Below, in pieces: positions 1-8,266 of a stretch of DNA of 32,000 nucleotides. The notes beneath the pieces were generated by a model. The model was not told the origin of the DNA, did no database searches, and saw nothing but the letters and a program-made list of their open reading frames with translations. Source of the DNA: Mycolicibacterium smegmatis (lineage in GTDB: Bacteria > Actinomycetota > Actinomycetes > Mycobacteriales > Mycobacteriaceae); the NCBI RefSeq assembly GCF_001457595.1, contig NZ_LN831039.1, positions 5,520,001-5,552,000 of the forward strand, given 5' to 3'. Every line of letters begins with the position of its first letter. The first letter of the stretch is position 1. The position numbers were made by a program, and so were the translations under genes.

Positions 1-91
1 GCTGACCGTCACCACCTACGCCGAACAGGCCGAGGCGCAGGCAGAGGACATCGAGGCGATCATCGCGGGTTTCACCGTCGCGAAGAAGTAA
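1..91 (+). CDS. C-terminal fragment of an unidentified protein (truncated by window edge)
   Basis: Frame 2 is open from the edge (LTVTTYAEQAEAQAEDIEAIIAGFTVAKK) to TAA at 89-91, with G/C-rich third positions. 29 aa is too little to name. lpqT sits beside rplY in M. tuberculosis, so an LpqT-like tail is possible but unproven. Confidence 0.35.
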   Translation, partial: LTVTTYAEQAEAQAEDIEAIIAGFTVAKK

Positions 92-120
92 GACGCCAGC
101 GAAGTCGTTAGGGTGACGAC

Positions 121-993
121 ATGACGCAGTGGACCAGTGCTGATCTCCCCTCGTTCCGCGGCCGCACCGTCGTGATCACCGGAGCCAACAGCGGGCTCGG
201 ACTCGTCACCGCACGAGAACTCGCGCGTGTGGGCGCCAAGGTCATCGTCGCCGTCCGCAATCTCGACAAAGGCACCGCGGCTGCCGAGACCATGCCGGGC
301 GGCATCGTCGAGGTGCGCAAACTCGATCTGCAGGACCTCGCGTCGGTGCACGAGTTCGCCGACACCGTCGAGACCGTCGATGTCCTGGTGAACAACGCCG
401 GCATCATGGCGGTGCCGCTCGCGCGCACAGTCGACGGCTTCGAGAGCCAGATCGGCACCAACCACCTGGGCCACTTCGCGCTCACCAACCTGCTGCTGCC
501 CAAGATCTCCGACCGTGTGGTCACGGTGTCGTCGATGATGCACTGGATCGGCCGCATCAACCTGCGCGACCTCAACTGGAAGGCACGGCCCTACTCGGCG
601 TGGCTGGCCTACGGACAGTCCAAGCTCGCGAACCTGATGTTCACCTCGGAACTGCAACGCCGCCTCGTCGCCTCCGGGTCGTCGGTGCGCGCGCTGGCCG
701 CCCACCCTGGCTATTCGGCCACCAACCTGCAGGGACACTCGGGCAACCGGTTCGGAACCGCGGCGGCCGCGCTGGGAAACCGGCACCTGGCCACCGACGT
801 CACGTTCGGTGCCCGCCAGACGCTGTACGCGGTGTCTCAGGACCTGCCCGGCGACACCTTCGTCGGTCCCCGGTTCGGGCAGTGGGGACCCACCGGATCT
901 GTCGGCCGCAGCCCCCTGGCGCGTCGCACCGACACCCAGCGGGCGCTGTGGGAGCTGTCCGAGCAGCTCACCGGCACCTCATACCCGCTCTGA
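121..993 (+). CDS. short-chain dehydrogenase/reductase (classical SDR)
   Basis: 290-aa ORF with ATG at 121. Rossmann motif VVITGANSGLGLVTAREL (TGxxxGxG), NNAG motif (LVNNAGIM), catalytic YGQSKLAN (YxxxK). Confidence 0.9.
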   Translation: MTQWTSADLPSFRGRTVVITGANSGLGLVTARELARVGAKVIVAVRNLDKGTAAAETMPGGIVEVRKLDLQDLASVHEFADTVETVDVLVNNAGIMAVPLARTVDGFESQIGTNHLGHFALTNLLLPKISDRVVTVSSMMHWIGRINLRDLNWKARPYSAWLAYGQSKLANLMFTSELQRRLVASGSSVRALAAHPGYSATNLQGHSGNRFGTAAAALGNRHLATDVTFGARQTLYAVSQDLPGDTFVGPRFGQWGPTGSVGRSPLARRTDTQRALWELSEQLTGTSYPL

Positions 994-1151
994 CGTTTTG
1001 GGCCGGGCGGAGTTTCTTTGCTACCCTGACCAGGCGTCACGGCGAGGGTGGACCTTGATGGACCACCGTTATCGACGGGAACTTCTTCTAAGTGTTGCGA
1101 CCCTGGCCGTGCTGACGAACCGAGTACAGGGACTATCAGGAGCAACACCCC

Positions 1152-1799
1152 ATGGCCAAGACCGCCAACATCCCCAACAAGCTGACCGCCAACGTGCGCA
1201 CCCGCACCGGCAAGGGCGCCTCGCGCCAGGCCCGTCGCGACGGCAAGGTGCCCGCCGTGCTGTACGGCCACGGCACCGATCCGCAGCACCTGGAGCTCAA
1301 CGCCCGCGACTTCGCGGCCGTCCTGCGCAGCCACGGCACCAACGCGATCCTGACCCTGGACATCGAGGGCACCGAGCAGCTCGCGCTGACCAAGGCGCTC
1401 GACGTTCACCCCATCCGCCGCAACATCCAGCACGCAGACCTGCTCGTCGTGCAGCGCGGCGAAAAGGTCACCGTCGAGGTGACCGTCCTCGTCGAGGGTG
1501 ACGCGACCCCGGGCACCCTGGTCACCCAGGACGCCAACACCATCGAGATCGAGGCCGAGGCCCTGTCGATCCCCGAGCAGCTCACCGTGTCGGTCGAGGG
1601 TGTCGAGGCCGGCACCCAGATCACCGCGGGCCAGATCTCGCTGCCCGAGGGCGTCAACCTGATCTCGGATCCCGAGCTGCTGGTGGTCAACGTCGTCGAG
1701 GCCCCGAGCGCCGAGGCTCTCGAGGAAGAAGGCGCCGGCGAGACCGGTGCTGCCGAGGCCCCGGCCGAAGAGGCTCCCGCCGAAGAGCCGGCCGAGTAA
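1152..1799 (+). CDS. rplY: 50S ribosomal protein L25 / general stress protein Ctc
   Basis: 215 aa. N-terminus [41 protein letters not shown] is typical L25/Ctc. Acidic Ala/Glu/Pro-rich C-terminal tail as in actinobacterial L25. GGAG lies 11 nt upstream. pth follows directly, the conserved pairing. Confidence 0.95.
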
Positions 1800-1811
1800 G
1801 GCCTTTCCTGG

Positions 1812-2387
1812 ATGGCCGAGCCACTGCTGGTGGTGGGCCTGGGAAATCCCGGGCCCACCTATGCCAAGACCCGGCACAACCTCGGCTTCATGGTGGCCGA
1901 CGTGCTCGCCGGGCGGATCGGCTCAGCGTTCAAGGTGCACAAGAAGTCCGGCGCCGAGGTGGTGACGGGCCGGTTGGCAGGCACCTCCGTGGTGCTCGCC
2001 AAGCCCCGCTGCTACATGAACGAGTCCGGCCGTCAGGTCGGCCCACTCGCCAAGTTCTACTCGGTGCCACCGCAGCAGATCGTGGTGATCCACGACGAGC
2101 TGGACATCGACTTCGGCCGCATCCGGCTCAAGCTGGGCGGCGGTGAAGGCGGCCACAACGGCCTGCGCTCCGTCGCATCAGCGTTGGGCACCAAGGATTT
2201 TCACCGAGTGCGCATCGGCGTGGGACGCCCGCCGGGCCGCAAGGACCCGGCGGCGTTCGTGCTCGAGAACTTCACCGCGGCCGAGCGCGCCGAGGTCCCC
2301 ACCATCGTCGAGCAGGCCGCCGACGCCACCGAGCTCCTGATCGCACAGGGCCTCGAACCCGCGCAGAACACCGTCCACGCCTGGTAG
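1812..2387 (+). CDS. pth: peptidyl-tRNA hydrolase
   Basis: 191 aa. [21 protein letters not shown] and GGHNGLRS motifs of Pth. Starts 12 nt after the rplY stop. Confidence 0.95.
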   Translation: MAEPLLVVGLGNPGPTYAKTRHNLGFMVADVLAGRIGSAFKVHKKSGAEVVTGRLAGTSVVLAKPRCYMNESGRQVGPLAKFYSVPPQQIVVIHDELDIDFGRIRLKLGGGEGGHNGLRSVASALGTKDFHRVRIGVGRPPGRKDPAAFVLENFTAAERAEVPTIVEQAADATELLIAQGLEPAQNTVHAW

Positions 2388-2394
2388 CTCTTTT

Positions 2395-2442
2395 CGCGCA
2401 TCTTTCGCACCGCGCACCTTTTGCACCGCGCACCTTTTGCAC
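2395..2442 (+). repeat. 3 x 16-bp tandem repeat (CGCGCATCTTTCGCAC, CGCGCACCTTTTGCAC, CGCGCACCTTTTGCAC)
   Basis: Read directly from the sequence. Units at 2395-2410, 2411-2426 and 2427-2442; units 2 and 3 are identical and unit 1 differs at 2 positions. The array runs into the left copy of the 82-bp inverted repeat. Confidence 0.85.
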
Positions 2443-2520
2443 CGCCAGCGTGCGCGTCTGTCCCCCGCCACGCCGCCTTTTGTCAGCGCTGCGCGCACGC
2501 TCGTCGCGCGTGAGCGCGCG
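2439..2520 (+). repeat. left copy of an 82-bp inverted repeat (partner 4212-4293)
   Basis: Gap-free hand alignment with the reverse complement of 4212-4293 gives 72/82 identical positions. The same DNA explains the near-identical shadow peptides in ORFs 2450..2752(+) and 4121..4558(-). Confidence 0.85.
2494..2520 (-). terminator. hairpin (9-bp stem, 9-nt loop) at convergent pth / Fe-S gene junction, candidate factor-independent terminator
   Basis: CGCACGCTC (2494-2502) and GAGCGCGCG (2512-2520). The minus-strand RNA has 8 Watson-Crick pairs plus one G-U. It begins 18 nt after the stop of the 2539..3576 gene. There is no U-tract, which is common for mycobacterial terminators. Confidence 0.45.
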
Positions 2521-2538
2521 TCCGATGCTCGCTGATGC

Positions 2539-3576
2539 TCACTGCCCCCGCGGAAGCCCGCCGTCGACGACCTTCACGGTCTTGTGCGGATACCGCTTCT
2601 CGGCGTACTCCTTGGCCGCCGAATTGGGCAGCACGTACAACGTCTCCTTCTTGTCCTGCAACGGTTTGAGGACCAGATCCATGAACGCCTTGCGGTCGTC
2701 GAGATACGGCTCGATGACGTCCTCGCCCGCGGGACACACCGCCAGGCAGTAGGCGGCCTTGTAGTTGGGCTTGAACGACAGGCTCTGCCACATCGATGCG
2801 TTCTCCGAATCGCTTACACGTGAACGGAAATCGTCCGCATCGGCGCTGTCGGCCACGGTCTGCACCCAATCGGTGAACCCGCCCATGAACTCGCGGTAGT
2901 TGTGCACCGAGCAGGCGCGGAAGTCGAACTCGCCGTTCTTGCCGATCGCCCCGACCGGGCAGACCGCGACACACAGCTTGCATTCCAGGCACGGTGAATA
3001 GTCAAGTGGCTCACCGTAACTGGTGATCGGAGCGGCCACCAGGATGGTGCCCAGCAGGATGAAGTTGCCATACTTCGGGTGAATCACGTTGCGGTGTATG
3101 CCCATTACGCCCATGCCCGCGGCCACTGCGACGGGTTTGTGCGCGATCACCCAGATGCGCCCGGGATAGCGATCCATCTCCATGGGGAACGTCGCCGACG
3201 GGTTGACCGCGCGGTACCCGGCATCCTCCAGCGACCGGGTGATGCGGTGCGCGGCCTCGTTGAGGGCCTCACCGCTGCGGTGGAACTCCTGGTTCGCGAC
3301 ACTGCGCGCGGTGGACCGCACGTTGTCGCGGTTCATTCGCACCACGAGCGAGATGTAACTGCGCACGCCCGGCAGCGCCGCGTCGGCGTGCTCGCGTTCG
3401 GATTCGACCGCCGGATCGTCGACGCTGACGAAACCGACGTCGTCGACCCCGGCCTCCAGACACAGTGCCCGCAGCCAGTCGGCGTCGATCGGGACCCGAG
3501 GTCCCGCGGCGCCGCGAGACCGGACCGCCCGCACCGTCGGATGCTCGGCCAGCCTGGCAGGAATCCTGTCACCCAT
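2539..3576 (-). CDS. 4Fe-4S ferredoxin-domain oxidoreductase, epoxyqueuosine-reductase (QueG)/reductive-dehalogenase-like family
   Basis: 345 aa, counted from ATG 3576 (MGDRIPARL...) inside the longer 550-aa ORF. Core IHPKYGNFILLGTILVAAPI resembles the QueG-family HPxYGS..LG block. It is followed by CLECKLCVAVCPVGAI (CxxCxxCxxxCP) and a second partial cluster motif YCLAVCPAG. A TATACT hexamer lies 6 nt upstream of the ATG. Confidence 0.65.
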   Translation of the reverse strand: MGDRIPARLAEHPTVRAVRSRGAAGPRVPIDADWLRALCLEAGVDDVGFVSVDDPAVESEREHADAALPGVRSYISLVVRMNRDNVRSTARSVANQEFHRSGEALNEAAHRITRSLEDAGYRAVNPSATFPMEMDRYPGRIWVIAHKPVAVAAGMGVMGIHRNVIHPKYGNFILLGTILVAAPITSYGEPLDYSPCLECKLCVAVCPVGAIGKNGEFDFRACSVHNYREFMGGFTDWVQTVADSADADDFRSRVSDSENASMWQSLSFKPNYKAAYCLAVCPAGEDVIEPYLDDRKAFMDLVLKPLQDKKETLYVLPNSAAKEYAEKRYPHKTVKVVDGGLPRGQ

Positions 3577-3579
3577 GCG

Positions 3580-3603
3580 CTGAGTATAGCGAAATATACT
3601 CAG
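3580..3603. promoter_or_regulatory. perfect 9-bp inverted repeat CTGAGTATA-N6-TATACTCAG containing two back-to-back divergent -10 hexamers (TATACT)
   Basis: Arms at 3580-3588 and 3595-3603. On the minus strand TATACT (3588-3583) is followed by 6 nt and then ATG 3576. On the plus strand TATACT (3595-3600) lies 57 nt upstream of ATG 3658. It is A/T-rich in a GC-rich background. Confidence 0.5.
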
Positions 3604-3657
3604 AGTCAAATCTGCGGGCTTGCGGTTTCCTGTGAGAAAGCTGGGTACAACGGAACT

Positions 3658-4203
3658 ATGGACGCGTATCAAGCACAGCCCGGGCTGCTGCAGCGTCTCA
3701 TGTATCGAGTGCTCGACGGCGCCCGGCGATGGGGGTCGATCGAAATCCGACCGACCCGGTTCGGAGTCGTGGAACACCGTCTCGTCGTCTATCCGCCGGG
3801 GATCAGCGCAGCCGACCGCCGCTGGACCCGCGTGGCGCGCGGGTGGCCGGGATGGGGTCTGGCCCTGTGGCTCATCTGCCCGATCTGGCTGGCCCACTCG
3901 ATGCCGACATGGGCCGCGGTCCTGGTGTCGACGGCGATTTCCCTGGTGGCGGGCGCGGTGGTGGCTGAGTTGTCCGGGGAGGCACGCACCCAGGTGCGCA
4001 CCTTGATGGCGACGACGATGGCCGGCCACGACGACGACGAATCCCGCGCGACCCGCGAACGCCTGCACGATCTCGCCTCGACCCTGCTCGATGCCGACGA
4101 CCGACTCGCCCGCGGCGAAATCAGCCCGGTGGAGTACGAGGCGATCTGGTGGCGGGTCTACCGCAGCATGGACGACGCGGCATCGCCACACGCGACCGCA
4201 TGA
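3658..4203 (+). CDS. hypothetical membrane protein (two predicted TM helices, SHOCT-like C-terminus)
   Basis: 181 aa from ATG 3658 within ORF 3079..4203; the upstream part of that ORF is antisense to the Fe-S gene. Hydrophobic stretches WGLALWLICPIWLAHS and WAAVLVSTAISLVAGAVVAEL. The C-terminal LARGEISPVEYEAIWWRVY loosely resembles SHOCT domains. High GC3. Confidence 0.6.
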   Translation: MDAYQAQPGLLQRLMYRVLDGARRWGSIEIRPTRFGVVEHRLVVYPPGISAADRRWTRVARGWPGWGLALWLICPIWLAHSMPTWAAVLVSTAISLVAGAVVAELSGEARTQVRTLMATTMAGHDDDESRATRERLHDLASTLLDADDRLARGEISPVEYEAIWWRVYRSMDDAASPHATA

Positions 4204-4211
4204 TCTGACGC

Positions 4212-4238
4212 CGCACGCTCACACGCGACGAGCGTGCG
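4212..4238. terminator. perfect 9-bp stem / 9-nt loop hairpin at convergent gene junction, candidate bidirectional terminator
   Basis: CGCACGCTC (4212-4220) and GAGCGTGCG (4230-4238) are perfectly complementary. It starts 8 nt after the TGA of the plus-strand gene and lies 64 nt beyond the FAAL stop on the other strand. Confidence 0.5.
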
Positions 4239-4293
4239 CGCAGTGCTGACAAAACGCGGCGTGGCGGGCAGCAGACATGCACGCTCGCGGTGC
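4212..4293 (-). repeat. right copy of the 82-bp inverted repeat (partner 2439-2520)
   Basis: See the left copy; 72/82 identity in inverted orientation. Lies between the stop of 3658..4203 (+) and the stop of the FAAL gene (-). Confidence 0.85.
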
Positions 4294-4301
4294 GAAGTTG
4301 G

Positions 4302-5939
4302 TTACTGGGTGACCAGGGAGACCGAGTTGGCGCGGCGGAGCTTGCCCGACGGGGTCTTCGGGATGGAGCCCGGACCGAGCACGACGACGTTGCGCGGGCG
4401 CACGTCGACCTCGGAGACCACCTCGTGGGCGACCTGGTGCTCGATGCGACGCACCTCGGCAGGGTCCTGCCAGGCGTTGGACTCCACGGCGACGGCGAAG
4501 GTCTCGCGGGAGTGCCCGGCGTCGAGGCGGACGGCCACGGCGCAGCCGGGGCGCACACCCTCGACGCGGCCGGCGGCGCGCTCGATGTCGGTCGGGTAGA
4601 TGTTGCGCCCGGCCATGATGATGACGTCCTTGACGCGGCCGCACACCACGATGTTGCCTTCCTCGGTGATGTAGCCGAGGTCGCCGGTGTCGTACCAGCC
4701 GTACTCGTCCTGGGCGGGCACGAAGCCGCCCATGGTGATGTAGCCCGGGGTCACCGGCTCACCGCGCAGTTCGATGACGCCGACGCCGCGCGCCGGCATG
4801 ACCTCGCCGTTCTCGTCGACGACGCGAGCCTCGAGGTCGTTGAGCAGCGGGCCCAGCGACGCCAGGCGCTTGGTGTTGCCCTTCGTGGCGGGCACGGCGC
4901 GGCGCAGCGCGGCCAGCAGATCGGCATCGACCTCGTCGACCACCAGACCCTCGCCGCACGGCGAGAACGACACCGCCAGCGTGGTTTCGGCCATGCCGTA
5001 GGCCGGCAGGATCGCCTCGGGCCGCAGACCGAACGGCTTCCCCGCATCGAGGAAGTCCTCGACGTCGGCCGGCTCGACGGGCTCGGCACCCGAGAGCGCG
5101 AAGCGCAGCGTCGACAGGTCGAAGTCGCCGGGCTTGGCCTGGCGGCGCAGCCGCTTGGCCAGCAGCGCGTACGCGAAGTTGGGGGCCGCGGTCATCGTGC
5201 CCTTGTACTTGTCGATGAGCTTGGCCCACAGCAGCGTGTCGCGCAGGAAGTCCATCGGCGTGACCTTGACGAGCTCGGCGCCGAAGTACATGGGGATCGT
5301 CAGGAAGCCGACCATGCCCATGTCGTGGAAGCACGGCAGCCAGCTGACCATGACGTCCTTCTCGACGTCGTACTTGGCGCCCACGAACATCGCCTCGGCA
5401 TTCGAGTGGATGTTGCGGTGCGTGATCTGCACGGCCTTGGGCGAACCCGTGGAGCCCGACGTGAGCTGCATGAGCGCGAGGTCGTCCTCGCCGGTCTCGA
5501 CCGGGTCGATCGGATCGGCCGCGAGCAGGTCGGCGACCTTGAGGACCAGGATGCCCTTCTCCTCCAGCACCGGGGTCGCGACCAGGAACGGCTCGGAGAT
5601 GATGACGGCCTTGAGCTCGATCATGCCGATGACGTTCATGGTGTCCTCGGCCCACACCGCGAGGTCGGTGCGCGGCGTCGGCTGGTGCAGCATCGTCAGG
5701 CTCGCGCCGCGCATCCACACACCCTGCGCGGTCGGCGCGATCTCCACCGGGAAGCCGGCGAGCACACCGACGGCGTCGCCGTGGCCGATGCCCGCGGCCG
5801 CCAGGCCACCGGCGATGCGGCGGGCACGCTCGTGCACTTCACCCCAGGTGTGCCGCACCGGCTCGTGCGGTTCACCGGTCACCATGCCGGTCGTCACCGT
5901 ACGAGCGTTGCGGTACATCTTCTCGGTGAATCTGCTCAC
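4302..5939 (-). CDS. fatty-acyl-AMP ligase / long-chain acyl-CoA synthetase family (M. tuberculosis Pks16/FadD-like)
   Basis: AMP-binding signature [18 protein letters not shown]. The N-terminus [50 protein letters not shown] matches my recollection of Rv1013. The ORF is open to GTG 5987, but GTG 5939 is preceded by GAGGAGG 6 nt upstream, so I prefer 5939. The position next to pth/ispE matches Mtb synteny. Confidence 0.88.
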
Positions 5940-6234
5940 GACGACCTCCTCGGCTTCCGGAGCCGCTGCGCCGGGGTGTTCCGGCACAGCGTCATGACCC
6001 GGTTATCCATATTCCGCCCATGTGACGGCACCTTCGGATAGGCACGCGCACACGATTGGGCAGCAGTTATGTCTCGGTTCGGTGATGGGTCGCCCAGAAA
6101 AGCGGGCGTTTTCAGCAACGACGCGGGATCGCACATTACGACGCCGGCCACATGGCTGTGCAACCGCCCACCGTAATTGCCGGAGGGCGAAATCGTCGCG
6201 TTCGATTCTTGACCGCTAGCTTCCACCGTCGATC

Positions 6235-6263
6235 ATCTTAAGAGACCCTTAAGTAACTGCCAA
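6235..6263 (-). promoter_or_regulatory. candidate SigA-type promoter TTGGCA-17-TAAGAT reading toward the FAAL gene
   Basis: On the minus strand: -35 TTGGCA (6263-6258), a 17-nt spacer, and -10 TAAGAT (6240-6235, fits TANNNT). Two CTTAAG hexamers (6237-6242, 6248-6253) form an inverted repeat across the -10 and spacer. Confidence 0.35.
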
Positions 6264-6291
6264 ACTGTAGCGATTATTGAGTGATGTGTCA

Positions 6292-6308
6292 CAGCGGCGT
6301 CGCCGCTG
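6292..6308 (-). terminator. 17-nt palindrome CAGCGGCG-T-CGCCGCTG downstream of ispE
   Basis: Perfect 8+8 palindrome 52 nt after the ispE stop and just upstream of the candidate FAAL promoter. There is no U-tract. Confidence 0.3.
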
Positions 6309-6359
6309 CTCCACCCGCATTTCGGCAGGTCGAATTTTCGTCACGCCACACGTCGCGCC

Positions 6360-7328
6360 TCACGATGCCGACGGGGCGGGAACGACGTGCGCGCCGTGTA
6401 CAGGCCCACTCGCGACCCGCACGGTGCGGCACACCCCGGCCCCCGACAGCTGCGTACCGACATCCAGCGCGGCCGGGGCCGACGCGCACAGGAACGCACA
6501 CGTCGGACCGGAACCCGACACGATGCCCGCGAGCGCGCCCGCCTCGACACCGGCACGCAGCGTGCGACGCAGTTCGGGGTACAGGCTCAGCGCCGCGGGC
6601 TGCAGATCGTTGCCCAGCAGGGCCGCCAGCTCGGCCGGATCGCCCGAGGCCAGCGCGGCCAGCACGGGCTCGGGCTCGTCGGTGCGCGGCAGTCCACGGT
6701 TGGTGTCGGCGCGCAACCGGTCCAGTTCCCCGAAGACCTTGGGCGTCGACAAGCCGCGGTGCGCGAACGCCAGCACCCAGTGGAACGTGTTGCGCGCGAG
6801 CACCGTGGCGAGGTCCTCGCCGCGCCCGGACCCCAGCGCGGTCCCGCCGTGCAGCGCGAACGGCACATCACTGCCCAGCTGTGCGGCCAGCGCGTGCAGA
6901 TCCCGCCGCGGCACGCCGAGCTCCCACAGCGTGTTCATCGCGACCAGCACGCCCGCGGCATCCGCCGAGCCGCCGGCCATCCCGCCGGCCACCGGGATGG
7001 ACTTCTCGATCGTGATCTCGACGTCGGGTGCGCGGCCGACGTGCTCGGCCATCAGCTCGGCGGCGCGCCACGCCAGGTTGCGCTCGTCGACCGGCAGCGA
7101 CTCGGCGCCCTCCCCGATCATCCGCAGCGACAGCACGTCGGCGTTGCGGACCGTCACCTCGTCGAGCAGCGAGACCGCGTGGAACACCGTCGTCAGATCG
7201 TGGTACCCGTCGTCGCGCAGATCGCCCACGGACAGGTACAGGTTCACCTTGCCGGGAACGCGCACAGTGACCGAGCCGGTGGTCACCCATTCGGATGCGG
7301 TACTGCCATCGGATGCGGGCACGGCCAC
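6360..7328 (-). CDS. ispE: 4-diphosphocytidyl-2-C-methyl-D-erythritol kinase
   Basis: 322-aa [40 protein letters not shown] and the GHMP-kinase motif [14 protein letters not shown]. The start is either GTG 7328 or GTG 7322; a TAAGGT hexamer at 7335-7330 sits 7 nt before the second GTG. Confidence 0.93.
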   Translation of the reverse strand: MAVPASDGSTASEWVTTGSVTVRVPGKVNLYLSVGDLRDDGYHDLTTVFHAVSLLDEVTVRNADVLSLRMIGEGAESLPVDERNLAWRAAELMAEHVGRAPDVEITIEKSIPVAGGMAGGSADAAGVLVAMNTLWELGVPRRDLHALAAQLGSDVPFALHGGTALGSGRGEDLATVLARNTFHWVLAFAHRGLSTPKVFGELDRLRADTNRGLPRTDEPEPVLAALASGDPAELAALLGNDLQPAALSLYPELRRTLRAGVEAGALAGIVSGSGPTCAFLCASAPAALDVGTQLSGAGVCRTVRVASGPVHGAHVVPAPSAS

Positions 7329-7382
7329 GACCTTATCGCCGTGTGCAGTGTCGCCGCTGAACCCCGGCGTGATCCCTAAGCT

Positions 7383-8246
7383 GTGTGGGTGGAGTCACCC
7401 GGCGAGCACATCGCGGGATTCGTCGTCGAGGACGTGGCGGGTCGCGGCGGCTGGGCCGTGGTGTACCGGGCACGCGACGCGCAGGGCCGCCCGGTGGCGC
7501 TCAAGGTGCTCAACGAGTCGCACCGCGAGCCCGCGCACCTCGACAGACTCCGCCGCGAGTTCGAGTTCGCGCGCCGCGCCGAGCACCCGAACGTCGTCGC
7601 GATGTACGCCGCGGGGGACGGCTGGCTGGCCATGGAGTTCATCGACGGCAGGCCCGCCACCAGCCTGGCCGTGCGCACCGATCAGCTCACCGCGCTGAGA
7701 CAGATCGCCGACGCGCTCGACAACATCCACCGGCTCGGCATCGTGCACAGCGACGTGAAGCCGACGAACATCCTTGTGGACAAACCATTTTCGCGCGCGG
7801 TGCTGATCGACTTCGGCGTCGCGCACTCGCTCGCCGAGGATGTCGCGGCGCGCCTCGCGGCCGACACCACCGGGCGCCTGACCCTCGATCCGGCCCGGCG
7901 CATCACGCATCAGAGCGCGGGACCACGGCCTCAGGTGCAGGCGTCGCTCCCCTACTCGGCGCCCGAACTGATCACCGGGCGCGCGCTGTCGGCGGCCACC
8001 GACCAGTACGCGCTGGCGTGCACCGCGGTGGAGATCCTCACCGGCCTGCCGCCGTTCACGGCCACCACGGCCGTGAAGATGGTCGATCAGCAGTTGAACA
8101 GCCCGCCGCCGCGAATCTCCCGACGCGCCGCATGGATTCCCCACGCGGTGGATTCGATCCTCGCGAAGGCACTGTCGAAAGATCCCGAGCGACGTCATGA
8201 ATCGTGCACGAAGTTCGTCGACGAACTCGCCGCCGCACTCGGGTGA
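7383..8246 (+). CDS. Ser/Thr protein kinase, catalytic domain only (non-RD: HSD instead of HRD)
   Basis: Hanks motifs are all visible: GRGGWAVVY (Gly loop), VALKVL (Lys), [10 protein letters not shown] (catalytic loop), [22 protein letters not shown]. There is no TM segment or extra domain. The start is GTG 7383 or GTG 7389; TAAGCT at 7377-7382 sits 6 nt before 7389. Confidence 0.85.
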   Translation: MWVESPGEHIAGFVVEDVAGRGGWAVVYRARDAQGRPVALKVLNESHREPAHLDRLRREFEFARRAEHPNVVAMYAAGDGWLAMEFIDGRPATSLAVRTDQLTALRQIADALDNIHRLGIVHSDVKPTNILVDKPFSRAVLIDFGVAHSLAEDVAARLAADTTGRLTLDPARRITHQSAGPRPQVQASLPYSAPELITGRALSAATDQYALACTAVEILTGLPPFTATTAVKMVDQQLNSPPPRISRRAAWIPHAVDSILAKALSKDPERRHESCTKFVDELAAALG

Positions 8247-8266
8247 TCGGCGAATCGTCCGGAAAA

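Noticed and set aside
2395-2442. Possible CRISPR array
   Set aside because: The units are only 16 bp, directly abutting without spacers, in three copies, with no cas genes. It is a simple tandem repeat.
2450-2752. ORF pairs with near-identical peptides (2450..2752 + and 4121..4558 -; 2178..2498 - and 4234..4599 +), which could suggest a duplicated small protein
   Set aside because: The similarity is confined to the 82-bp inverted DNA repeat, and the ORFs then diverge into antisense of real genes. The DNA repeat explains them better than coding does.
3079-3657. N-terminal 193 codons of ORF 3079..4203 (+), and the 205-codon N-terminal extension (3577..4191) of ORF 2539..4191 (-)
   Set aside because: The two long ORFs overlap each other antisense. 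Family-like sequence starts only at ATG 3576 (-) and ATG 3658 (+), and the palindromic promoter region lies between those starts.
4290-6041. 583-aa ORF on the plus strand
   Set aside because: It is entirely antisense to the well-supported FAAL gene. The translation is Arg/Gly/Asp/His-rich low-complexity sequence typical of shadow ORFs in high-GC DNA, and it has no recognisable motif.
5936-6226. 96-aa minus-strand ORF at the position of M. tuberculosis Rv1012
   Set aside because: Codon usage is poor, it lies in a GC-poor region, it overlaps the FAAL start, and it has no motif. Only its last 24 codons are kept, as a possible coupled uORF (see findings).
6277-7698. 473-aa (and nested 244/330-aa) plus-strand ORFs across ispE and into the kinase
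   Set aside because: They are antisense to ispE and out of frame with the kinase. The Ser/Ala/Arg/Pro-rich composition has no domain signatures. ispE and the kinase each explain the region with clear catalytic motifs.
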